From: an uncultured Muribaculaceae bacterium
Lineage (GTDB): Bacteria; Bacteroidota; Bacteroidia; Bacteroidales; Muribaculaceae
Length of the DNA stretch: 64,000 nt
Assembly: GCA_910578075.1 (NCBI GenBank)
Contig: CAJTPK010000002.1
Span: forward strand, 46,479-110,478
Direction: 5' to 3'
Shown here: positions 55,336 through 64,000 of the stretch, in pieces
How the letters are laid out: each line of letters starts with the position of its first letter
Numbering within the stretch: the stretch's first letter is position 1
Position numbers and translations under genes: made by a program
The notes under the pieces: model-generated
Database searches by the model: none
What the model was told of the DNA's origin: nothing
The model's input: only the letters and a program-made list of their open reading frames with translations

Positions 55336-56550
55336 TCAATGTCCTGTCTCGGCGCGGTAGACTTCGCTGCGCAGACGTCTCAGAGCTTCCCGGTCTTTTT
55401 CCACTTCAGTCTCGAGAGAGCGGATCTGGGGGCGAAGTGAAGAGCCTTTGTTTATTGCGAATTTACGACGCATTTCCGATAACTTCTCCTCTTTTTGCAG
55501 GAATGCCTTGCGTGCCGCGATATATTTTTTCATCATCGCGCGTCCGGATGAAGTCTGGAAATCGTCAAGTGTGGTATAATTCACTCCTCCTTTCATCGGA
55601 AAAATGAAATCCACCTGTTTTTTTGCAGGAGCCGGAGTGATGGAATGTATCTCTTCAAGTAAGTCGGTATAATCATTTTCACCCCAAGTCGATTTGTAAT
55701 CGCGAATGAAAGCGAGATCAGGAATGTTGTCGGTATCTTCCGCGCTGTAGTTTTTACGGAGATCATTTACCTTAAAAAGATATACAGTGAGATTATCCCC
55801 GAGCTGGTTGCGGTCGGTAGCCCACCAGCCGACACCGTTCAACTCATCGATTGCAAGCAGATAGTCATCGTAAGGGGAGTTGTACGGCATGCCGATATTC
55901 TGCGGCTGGAGGTATTCCCCGTCAGCGGCGTCACGCGTGGCGACAAAGATGTCATATCCACCGAGAGATTCCTCGTTGTCGGATGCGAAATATAATGTCA
56001 CGCCGTCCGACATCATGAATGGGTAAATGGCATTACCTCCGTTGTTAAGTATATCCGGAGTCTCTGTCGGTTCATGCCATGTCCCGTCAGTGAGTCTTAT
56101 TGACTCCACTATGCGGTATATTCCGGTGGAGTCCGGTTGCGCCCACATCTTGAAATCATTCCCCTCGTTTGTGAAGACATAGTCTGCATCCGGAGTTTCA
56201 AACGGGATGTCTGCTGCCGTACCAAGGTTTCCTGCTGAGAATGGAAGGCGATACGCCTTGAAAAAATCCGTTTTGGGCACAGAGATGCTGTCCAGGATGA
56301 CAAGCTGCTCCACACGTTCCAGGAAATTCTCGGCATTCATCAACTCGCGTTCCTGTTCCTCAAGCTGAGGCGGGATATTTTTTTTAGCTTTTTTGCGCGC
56401 TGCCGCATACTGTTTCGCAGCGTTCTCGAAATCATAATTGAGGAAAGATGCCCGCCCCTCGGCAAGCATTTCATCAACAGTCTGCGCACCTGCGTAATTC
56501 ACGCCTGTGGCACATATGATTGAGGCTAATATAAGTCTGGAATATCTCAT
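55336..56550 (-). CDS. Secreted hypothetical protein with a TPR-like N-terminus, PD40/TolB-like beta-propeller repeats and a C-terminal coiled coil
   Basis: Signal peptide. MSDGVTLYFASDNEESLGGYDIFVA is PD40-like. Confidence 0.5.
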   Translation of the reverse strand: MRYSRLILASIICATGVNYAGAQTVDEMLAEGRASFLNYDFENAAKQYAAARKKAKKNIPPQLEEQERELMNAENFLERVEQLVILDSISVPKTDFFKAYRLPFSAGNLGTAADIPFETPDADYVFTNEGNDFKMWAQPDSTGIYRIVESIRLTDGTWHEPTETPDILNNGGNAIYPFMMSDGVTLYFASDNEESLGGYDIFVATRDAADGEYLQPQNIGMPYNSPYDDYLLAIDELNGVGWWATDRNQLGDNLTVYLFKVNDLRKNYSAEDTDNIPDLAFIRDYKSTWGENDYTDLLEEIHSITPAPAKKQVDFIFPMKGGVNYTTLDDFQTSSGRAMMKKYIAARKAFLQKEEKLSEMRRKFAINKGSSLRPQIRSLETEVEKDREALRRLRSEVYRAETGH

Positions 56551-56751
56551 GAAGGATATATGTGTTTATTATGAGATGCATTTATGCGCCCCGTGAGGCG
56601 TCATGTGCATAGCAAAATTAATCAAATTATGTGATATTGCCAACAAGGATACTATTTTTATGAGGTGTAAATATGAAGTGGGCATACACGGATTTGCGGG
56701 TGATGGAATACACAAGTTTCGTGAAAGTGAGCATTTTTAAGAAAATTTTAT

Positions 56752-56759
56752 TAACTTTG
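56752..56759 (+). promoter_or_regulatory. Bacteroidetes-type -7 promoter box (TAACTTTG) for etfBA-acd
   Basis: The context ttattaactttgcagg lies 52 nt upstream of the ATG at 56811. Confidence 0.5.
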
Positions 56760-56810
56760 CAGGGAATTGTGTATTTTAGAATAATCAACAAACTAAAGAT
56801 ATATCAAATT

Positions 56811-57680
56811 ATGAGTTTGAACATCATTGTATTGGCCAAGCAGGTGCCCGACACCCGCAATGTCGGCAAGGATGCGATGAAGGAGGACGGCACAATCAAC
56901 CGCGCCGTGCTTCCCGCGATCTTCAACCCTGAGGATCTCAACGCTCTTGAGCAGGCCCTTAAGTTGAAAGAGATGTATCCCGGCACCACAGTGACCATGC
57001 TCACCATGGGTCCGGCACGCGCTGCTGAAATTGTGCGTGAAGGTCTTTACCGCGGTGCCGACCGTGGTATCGTGCTTTCTGACCGTGCATTCGCCGGTGC
57101 TGACACACTCGCCACTTCCTATGCCCTGAATGCCGCTGTGCGTAAGATCGGTGATTATGATCTTATCATCGGTGGTCGCCAGGCAATCGACGGTGATACT
57201 GCGCAGGTAGGTCCCCAGATCGCAGAGAAGCTGAAACTCCCCCAGGTTACATATGCAGAGGAGATCGTAGAGGTGAAAGATGGAAAAGTAACAGTGAAAC
57301 GCCGTCTGGAAGGTGGTGTTGAGACTGTGAAGGCTCCTCTTCCGCTCGTGATAACAGTAAACGGTTCTGCAGACGAATGCCGTCCCCGCAATGCCAAGAA
57401 CGTTCAGAAATATAAATATGCGGCAGTTCCTTCAGAGGTTGCCAACGATGAGGCAAAGAAAGCATTCATCGCAGCGCGTCCGTATCTTGAGATCGGTGAA
57501 TGGAACACCCAGACTGTCGAGGCTGACCTTTCACAGTGTGGTCTCGCAGGCTCGCCTACAAAAGTTAAGAGCATCGAGAATGTGGTTTTCACAGCTAAGG
57601 ATGCCCGCCGCGTAGAGAACAATGAGGAGGAACTCGAGAACCTTATCAAAGAATTAATCGCTAACCACACTATAGGCTAA
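56811..57680 (+). CDS. etfB: Electron transfer flavoprotein beta subunit
   Basis: MSLNIIVLAKQVPDT. The track ORF begins upstream of the promoter box. Confidence 0.9.
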   Translation: MSLNIIVLAKQVPDTRNVGKDAMKEDGTINRAVLPAIFNPEDLNALEQALKLKEMYPGTTVTMLTMGPARAAEIVREGLYRGADRGIVLSDRAFAGADTLATSYALNAAVRKIGDYDLIIGGRQAIDGDTAQVGPQIAEKLKLPQVTYAEEIVEVKDGKVTVKRRLEGGVETVKAPLPLVITVNGSADECRPRNAKNVQKYKYAAVPSEVANDEAKKAFIAARPYLEIGEWNTQTVEADLSQCGLAGSPTKVKSIENVVFTAKDARRVENNEEELENLIKELIANHTIG

Positions 57681-57684
57681 AACA

Positions 57685-58716
57685 ATGGCAACAGACAAAA
57701 ACAATTTGATCGTATATTGCGAATATGAGGATGGCAAGATTGCCGATGTCAGCCTTGAACTTCTCACCAAGGGCCGCACACTTGCCGACAAACTCGGTAT
57801 CAAGCTTGAGGCTGTGGTGGCTGGCGACAACCTCAAGGATATTGAGAAGCAGGTGTTCCCCTACGGTGTTGACCGTGTATATAAGGTGGAGGATTCACGT
57901 CTTTATCCTTACACATCTCTTCCCCACAGCTCTATCCTCATCAATCTTTTCAAGGAGATTGAGCCGCGTATCGCTTTCATGGGCGCTACAGCGATTGGCC
58001 GTGACCTCGGTCCCCGCGTTTCTTCAGCTCTTCACAGTGGTCTTACTGCAGACTGCACCGCTCTGGAAATCGGTGATCACAAAGATCCCAAGACCGGCAC
58101 AGAATATAAAGATCTTCTATATCAGATCCGTCCTGCTTTCGGTGGTAACATCGTTGCAACAATCGTCAATCCCGACTGCCGTCCGCAGATGGCGACCGTG
58201 CGTGAGGGTGTGATGAAGAAGGAGGTTCGCGATTCCAACTATGTAGGGGAGGTTGTTGACCTTGATGTCAACAAATACACCTCACCGGAGGATTATGTGG
58301 TAGAGGTTATCGACCGCCACATTGAGAAATCCAAGGTGAATCTCAAAGGATCTCCCGTAGTTGTAGCCGGTGGTTACGGAGTAGGAAGCAAGGAGAATTT
58401 CGACCTGCTTACCAAACTTGCCGATGTTCTCGGTGGTGAAGTGGGTGCAAGCCGCGCGGCTGTTGACGCAGGATGGGTTGACCATGACCGTCAGATAGGT
58501 CAGACCGGTGTTACAGTTCGCCCGAAGCTTTACATCGCTTGCGGTATTTCCGGTCAGATCCAGCATATCGCAGGTATGCAGGACAGCTCCATCATCATCT
58601 CCATCAACTCTGATCCCGAGGCTCCGATCAACACAATCGCAGACTATGTGATCACAGGCAAGATGGAGGATGTGGTTCCCAAATTAATCAAGTATTACAA
58701 AAAGAATTCCAAGTAA
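57685..58716 (+). CDS. etfA: Electron transfer flavoprotein alpha subunit
   Basis: C-terminal FAD motif PKLYIACGISGQIQHIAGM. Confidence 0.9.
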   Translation: MATDKNNLIVYCEYEDGKIADVSLELLTKGRTLADKLGIKLEAVVAGDNLKDIEKQVFPYGVDRVYKVEDSRLYPYTSLPHSSILINLFKEIEPRIAFMGATAIGRDLGPRVSSALHSGLTADCTALEIGDHKDPKTGTEYKDLLYQIRPAFGGNIVATIVNPDCRPQMATVREGVMKKEVRDSNYVGEVVDLDVNKYTSPEDYVVEVIDRHIEKSKVNLKGSPVVVAGGYGVGSKENFDLLTKLADVLGGEVGASRAAVDAGWVDHDRQIGQTGVTVRPKLYIACGISGQIQHIAGMQDSSIIISINSDPEAPINTIADYVITGKMEDVVPKLIKYYKKNSK

Positions 58717-58721
58717 ACAAG

Positions 58722-60428
58722 ATGGCTAATTTCTATACAGACAACGAGTCGCTGAAACTCCACCTGAATCATCCCATGATGAAGAAGATCGTGGAGCTCA
58801 AAGAGAGAAACTTCGCCGACGCTGATAAATTCGATTACGCTCCCCAGAATTTCGAGGATGCCATGGACAGCTATGACCGTGTGCTCGAGATCGTGGGTGA
58901 GCTCTGCGGTGACATCATCGCCGAGAATGCTGAGGACGTTGATCACAACGGTCCGCGCGTTGAGAACAGCCGCGTGATTTATGCAGACGGCACCAAGAAG
59001 AATCTTGACGCCTGCCGCAAAGCCGGTCTGATGGGTATGTCGATGCCCCGCCGTCTGGGTGGTCTTAACTTCCCGATCACTCCCTACATCATGGCTGCCG
59101 ATATGGTGAGCCGTGCTGATGCCGGATTCGAGAACCTCTGGGGTCTTCAGGACTGCGCGGAGACTATCTATGAGTTTGCCGACGACGCACAGAAGGAGAA
59201 ATACATTCCCCGTGTATGTGCAGGTGAGACAATGTCTATGGACCTTACCGAGCCGGATGCTGGTTCCGACCTTCAGTCAGTCATGCTTAAGGCCACTCAG
59301 AAGGAGGATGGCTCATGGGTGCTGAATGGTGTGAAACGATTCATCACAAACGGAGACAGTGATATCCATCTGGTGCTCGCCCGTTCAGAGGAGGGTACAA
59401 AGGATGGCCGCGGTCTTTCGATGTTTATCTATGACAAGCGCAACGGTGGTGTGAATGTCCGTCGTATCGAAAACAAGATGGGTATCAAAGGTAGCCCAAC
59501 ATGCGAGCTTGTTTACAAGGATGCTCCCGCTGAATTGGTAGGTAGCCGCAAACTTGGTCTGATCAAGTATGTGATGGCTCTTATGAACGGTGCACGTCTC
59601 GGTATCGCCGCACAGAGTGTCGGTATCAGCGAGCATGCTTACCGCGAGGCTCTGCAATATGCCAAGGAGCGCAAGCAGTTCGGCAAAGCCATCATTGAGT
59701 TCCCCGCTGTTTCTGAGATTCTTTCAGTGATGAAAGGTAAACTCGATGCAAGCCGCACACTTCTTTATGCATGCTCACGTTTCGTTGACATGTATAAGAT
59801 ATATGATGATATCGCCAAGGAGCGCAAGCTTGAGGTTGAGGAGAAGAAAGAGGCTAAATTCTACAGCCGTCTTGCCGATGCCTTCACTCCGCTTGCAAAG
59901 GGAATGACATCTGAGTTCTGTAACCAGAACGCATACGACTGCATCCAGATTCATGGCGGTTCCGGTTTCATGAAAGATTATGCTTGCGAGCAAATCTACC
60001 GTGACGCGCGCATCACATCAATCTACGAGGGAACAACACAGCTTCAGGTTGTGGCAGCTATCCGCCACGTCACCACCGGCACATATCTTGACTGGATCAA
60101 GAACGAGGAGGCTAAGCAGGTTGTTGCGGAGGATGAGTCTGTAAAGGCAACCCTTCAGTTCATGACTCAGCAGTATGCTGATGCTGTTCAGGCAGTGATG
60201 GGTGTAGATGACACCAAGTATCATGATTTCATGGCGCGTCGTCTTGTTGAGATGGCTGGCTATATCGTGATGGGTTATCTTCTTCTTGATGACACACAGC
60301 GCGATGCTTCTGTACGCAAATCTCTCAATGTATTCGTGAAATACGGTCAGGCAGAGGTTGCGAAGCACGCTGATTTCATCGCCAACTTCCGCCCAGAGCA
60401 GATCGAAAACTACCTCTACGCCGAGTAA
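58722..60428 (+). CDS. Acyl-CoA dehydrogenase (long, ~570-aa form)
   Basis: ACAD middle and C-terminal motifs (GSDLQS..., IYEGTTQLQ). It follows etfBA. Confidence 0.88.
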   Translation: MANFYTDNESLKLHLNHPMMKKIVELKERNFADADKFDYAPQNFEDAMDSYDRVLEIVGELCGDIIAENAEDVDHNGPRVENSRVIYADGTKKNLDACRKAGLMGMSMPRRLGGLNFPITPYIMAADMVSRADAGFENLWGLQDCAETIYEFADDAQKEKYIPRVCAGETMSMDLTEPDAGSDLQSVMLKATQKEDGSWVLNGVKRFITNGDSDIHLVLARSEEGTKDGRGLSMFIYDKRNGGVNVRRIENKMGIKGSPTCELVYKDAPAELVGSRKLGLIKYVMALMNGARLGIAAQSVGISEHAYREALQYAKERKQFGKAIIEFPAVSEILSVMKGKLDASRTLLYACSRFVDMYKIYDDIAKERKLEVEEKKEAKFYSRLADAFTPLAKGMTSEFCNQNAYDCIQIHGGSGFMKDYACEQIYRDARITSIYEGTTQLQVVAAIRHVTTGTYLDWIKNEEAKQVVAEDESVKATLQFMTQQYADAVQAVMGVDDTKYHDFMARRLVEMAGYIVMGYLLLDDTQRDASVRKSLNVFVKYGQAEVAKHADFIANFRPEQIENYLYAE

Positions 60429-60500
60429 TGGCTCAGGCATCATTCATGGAGTTTATATCCATGAATAATAAATAAGGTTTATATAACAGGAAGTTTATAT

Positions 60501-60564
60501 AACTAATTGCAAGGAGTTGAATCTTAGGTATCAAACTGAAGATTCAACTCCTTTGCAATTGGTT
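60501..60564 (+). terminator. Long hairpin downstream of acd (terminator-like, no clear U-tract)
   Basis: aactaattgcaaggagttgaatctt - 13-nt loop - aagattcaactcctttgcaattggtt. Confidence 0.45.
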
Positions 60565-61015
60565 ATATTATCGTCAGTCATACTGCTTTCAGACATTATT
60601 TAAACAAAATAATAGTAGTTAGGCGTTTTGAATTACAAAATATTTGCAATTTATGTTGTCGTCCTGTATTGAACCTTAATAATTTGAACGCTGAACTTCT
60701 TTGTTTCACTTTATGAACGCGGAACTCACGCGGAACTATGATATTTAGGCAAGTGTCGGGAAGAAACAAAGCGGACAAATCAGGACTGAAGTCCTGATTT
60801 GTGACGCTGAACGCAGGCGGAACGATAGGCTTAAGAGTATAATCCCTGCTTTCAATTGACTCAATTAGCCGGGTCGTTCCGCCTACGTTCCGCACCGTTA
60901 AGAAAGCCGGAGGCATTCTTGACAGTTGGTTTCTCCAATGGTTCGTTGGAGTTTTTCAGTATAAAAAACATACCATTTCTTCATATACTTTATGTGTTGC
61001 TTGGGCAGCGTAGTG

Positions 61016-63958
61016 TTATCGGTGGATGAGTTTGACGGTGGTGTCGAGGGTCTGGATTATGTATAGACCAGGGGTGATGCCTGAAATTTCGGATTGGGTT
61101 GTCTCTTGAACAAGAGTGCCGTCGAGTGTGTAGACGCGGGTGGTCGATCCGGCGGGAGCGTTTCTGATGATTATTTTACCGGCTTCGGAGGTAATTTTGA
61201 TCTTGTTAGTATCAGATGCTATATTCTCTACACCAGAATCGGAACCTCCTGTGAATTGATAATGTGCGATTGTTCCATCAGGTTTCGTGGCAAGTGTAGG
61301 ATCGTCTATAGCTCCTCTCGTAGAAGCGGAGGCAATAGATCTTACGTATAAATCATATTCCGTTTCGGTCAGCATCTCTGCATTAATAATCAGTTGACGC
61401 GATTCTCCTGATGCAAGAGTCAATTTATCGGAAGTGACTGAATTTATATTGCCGTTCTTCATATCGTATATCTGCAAATAAATCTGACCGTTAAATCCAC
61501 CGGATGCGATATTTTTCACATCCAACGTAAGCTTGTTCCCATTTTGTGTCAGGTTGCAAACCTCTATCATTGGCAATCCGGCATTGCGGTCAGCATTGAT
61601 AAAATGAGGTGTAGGGGTGCCAGGTAGACCTGTTGCCTTGTCAATATAATCCCAGGATTTTGGAAGTATGTCGCGTTCACCATCCGGTGTCAGGTATCTC
61701 AGATAGAAAATATATTCCCCTTCGAGAGGATATAGATTCCCCGGAAGATTTGTTGAATATGCCGAGAAATATTTTGTCGGGTCAAATGCAAACGAGGAAA
61801 TCATGATCTCCTCAGCGTCAGGATTATCTGCCTCTTTCGCGAATAGCATCATGTTTACCGGATTATAGTTGTTGTTTGACGGAGCAAAACCCTTATAGTT
61901 CGCGTTAATTCTCACTGCTATATTGTCTTTCCAGGTCTTATGATAGTCCTGTCCATAATGCCAGTTTGAGAGCATGAGCGTTCCTGTCATGTCATATTGT
62001 AAAATCGGATAATCCACAGCCGTAGCGACTTCTATATATATCGGTTCGGGAAATATCACACGCGGATCAGTGTTCAATGAATTGGATGCAAGCACGTCAA
62101 TCCGATACCGTCCCGCCGGCATAGTGAAGTTATTCTCAGTATTTAGCGGGGGAAGAATCTCTACCACACATTCATAGTCAAGACCTGAATAGTTATGGTT
62201 ATAGAGAGTTATCCTGTTTTGTGTGTTATATTTTTTACCGGTCTCAATATTGGTGAAACACAGATCGGCTGAACTTATGTCACTTGTTCCTATCGAAGAC
62301 AGAAGGGAGGTTGTATTTACGTGTGCGAAGAAGGGTGCCTTGGCGATGACATCAGTCAGCGGTGTGAAAGAATTGAACGACAGATATGCCGTCTCGTCAT
62401 TTCCACAGCCTTTCCCTTCAGGATAATCCTTATATCCATATCCCGTGATTGATCCGGCAGATATTGTGAAATACGGCCGCATTGGTACCTGTGTGGCTGT
62501 TACTTCTGAATCGGTATCCATGTCGACAGTCTGTACCATCATCTCATATTCGCCATCCTCCAGATCATAGGTGGTATCGAGCCTCATGTTCCATCTCATA
62601 TCTGTCCATGAGGGGAAGCATGCCCCTATAGCGGCGGATCCCAAAATATAATCTTGAGAAGGCGTGCCGATCTTGCGAAGAATTAGTCTTCTGCCGTATT
62701 TTGATTCGTCATAACTATTGGTAGTAACTGCACGTACGGCTCCTTCGATAGCTGTATTGCTATTGTAAGCAATTAGGTTTGTTGATGCTGTTGCGATATA
62801 TTTCTCCTGATATTTCTCACCGTTTCTGCGAGGTTCGATGTCGCATATCATCAATTGTTTTTGATAATAACCATCATCGTTGTCTGCGAAAATTTCGGGA
62901 TGGCAGAAAGTGATGTCATAATAACCGTCAGCCTGTCCGTCCCATCCCCAGTTGACGTGAACGTAATTTTCGGAGTCGATTCCATCGAGAACAAAAATGT
63001 GGGCTGAATATGTGGAATTACTTACTCCGGTTCCGGTGTAAAGTATCGGTTTACCGGCAGATAGATTCTCCTGAATCTTCCGCATCCAATACCCTGTCGG
63101 GAGGCCATCGCGGTACAGGTAATTGGCATTAATATTGAAAAATTTGTCAAGAGCCACTACCGGCCATTGACCGGAAGATTTATCAACGCTCCATTTTGTC
63201 ATACATGCCGCTCCAGTATAATACATCATTTCGGCAACAGCATTTGCCTGGGATTGAGAGTACTTACCCTCAGCGTAGACATTGAGCATATTGGCGTAAT
63301 CAAATTTACATTTGCTGAAATTCACACTGACTTCCTCCTGCGATCGCTCGTCAGCGTATTCAATTGTGAAATCATTGAAATTGTCAGCCATGTAATAGTG
63401 TAGCACTTGTCCTAAAGCCACTGCGTCGCACCCGGTAACCGAGCGGTATCCCTGGTACAGCGGGCATTTGCTGTTGAAAGGTTCTCCCTGTCCCCATTTG
63501 GTCCTGATGAATGGTTCGACAGGATTGATTGTAGGTATAGGGTAGGTTGGAGAGTCTTGTCCTGTAGGTCGGATTGCTCTTGTCGCCTTTCCACCTGATG
63601 CCGCCTCCTTATACCTGGCTATAAATTCAGCCGCAGCAGGTGGCAGAGACGCCACATCGATCGTGTCGGAGATGCTGTAGCCGACCATCGGCGAATCATC
63701 CGATGAACCGGCATACAGCACAAATCCGGCGTGATTACCGGTAATCATATTGATGGCAGTTATTCCCCCTGAGAGTGTTCGGGCGTTAATACGGGAAGCC
63801 TTTTTCAATTCTGAAGAAATGGCTTTTCTTTTTGCTGAAGAGTTCCAGCGGCTGCTGAGAAAATCTTGTGCCCGGTCTTTTAATGAATTTTCTGCATAGG
63901 ACGGTATTGACAAGGCAACACACGCCGACAGGAGGGCAATGGCAGGTAATTTTTGCAT
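61016..63958 (-). CDS. Peptidase C10 (streptopain-like) family cysteine protease with a T9SS C-terminal sorting domain
   Basis: Signal peptide. Spi-inhibitor-like N-terminus. WGQGEPFNSKCP, catalytic-Cys region TGCDAVALGQVLHYY, HIFVLDG and NWGWDGQADGYYD. C-terminus ...RVYTLDGTLVQE...GLYIIQTLDTTVKLIHR. Confidence 0.85.
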   Translation of the reverse strand: MQKLPAIALLSACVALSIPSYAENSLKDRAQDFLSSRWNSSAKRKAISSELKKASRINARTLSGGITAINMITGNHAGFVLYAGSSDDSPMVGYSISDTIDVASLPPAAAEFIARYKEAASGGKATRAIRPTGQDSPTYPIPTINPVEPFIRTKWGQGEPFNSKCPLYQGYRSVTGCDAVALGQVLHYYMADNFNDFTIEYADERSQEEVSVNFSKCKFDYANMLNVYAEGKYSQSQANAVAEMMYYTGAACMTKWSVDKSSGQWPVVALDKFFNINANYLYRDGLPTGYWMRKIQENLSAGKPILYTGTGVSNSTYSAHIFVLDGIDSENYVHVNWGWDGQADGYYDITFCHPEIFADNDDGYYQKQLMICDIEPRRNGEKYQEKYIATASTNLIAYNSNTAIEGAVRAVTTNSYDESKYGRRLILRKIGTPSQDYILGSAAIGACFPSWTDMRWNMRLDTTYDLEDGEYEMMVQTVDMDTDSEVTATQVPMRPYFTISAGSITGYGYKDYPEGKGCGNDETAYLSFNSFTPLTDVIAKAPFFAHVNTTSLLSSIGTSDISSADLCFTNIETGKKYNTQNRITLYNHNYSGLDYECVVEILPPLNTENNFTMPAGRYRIDVLASNSLNTDPRVIFPEPIYIEVATAVDYPILQYDMTGTLMLSNWHYGQDYHKTWKDNIAVRINANYKGFAPSNNNYNPVNMMLFAKEADNPDAEEIMISSFAFDPTKYFSAYSTNLPGNLYPLEGEYIFYLRYLTPDGERDILPKSWDYIDKATGLPGTPTPHFINADRNAGLPMIEVCNLTQNGNKLTLDVKNIASGGFNGQIYLQIYDMKNGNINSVTSDKLTLASGESRQLIINAEMLTETEYDLYVRSIASASTRGAIDDPTLATKPDGTIAHYQFTGGSDSGVENIASDTNKIKITSEAGKIIIRNAPAGSTTRVYTLDGTLVQETTQSEISGITPGLYIIQTLDTTVKLIHR

Positions 63959-64000
63959 AGAGTATCGTTGTTTGATGTTATTTTATGACGGCTCTTGGTG

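Noticed and set aside
60596-60916. 106-aa minus-strand ORF in the acd / C10 protease intergenic region.
   Set aside because: It lies over repeat and hairpin sequence, has an odd composition and has no coupled neighbours. This is more consistent with non-coding DNA.

Overview
The window looks like a chromosomal segment from a Bacteroidales-type genome. Supporting signs are SusC/SusD genes, a T9SS C-terminal sorting domain, TAnnTTTG-type promoter boxes and the absence of Shine-Dalgarno sites. It has five parts. (1) 1-7.4 kb (minus strand) is a PUL module with an ECF sigma factor, a FecR anti-sigma factor, an STN-domain SusC, a SusD and the start of a lipoprotein. (2) 7.5-18 kb holds housekeeping genes: MFS, DedA, an MNT nucleotidyltransferase, a UDG-family glycosylase, a flavodiiron protein, Dus, an acetyltransferase, a DXS-like enzyme and GH43. 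These are interspersed with three families of palindromic intergenic repeats and one large nested palindrome. (3) 18.2-34.1 kb is a plus-strand accessory stretch that looks AT-richer by eye. It contains a glycyl-radical-activase-like radical SAM gene, then two paralogous membrane proteins sharing a five-Cys N-terminal module, then about 15 tightly coupled, mostly multi-TM orphan ORFs. A ~240-bp direct repeat (promoter plus radical SAM 5' end) splits this array into two modules. The array also carries a duplicated gene fragment and two frameshifts. No recombinase, toxin or phage gene is visible. (4) 34.7-53 kb is a vitamin B12 locus: a tandem 274-bp repeat, a cobalamin riboswitch, btuB-btuG-like-btuFCD, cbiA, a pduO-type gene, cbiP, cobD and cbiB, with a convergent cobUTSC operon that includes an ApgM-like enzyme. 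(5) 53-64 kb holds cstA, etfBA, an acyl-CoA dehydrogenase and a 980-aa C10 peptidase with a T9SS tail. I found no rRNA, tRNA or CRISPR. All calls come from reading the sequence and the ORF translations; no database search was run.
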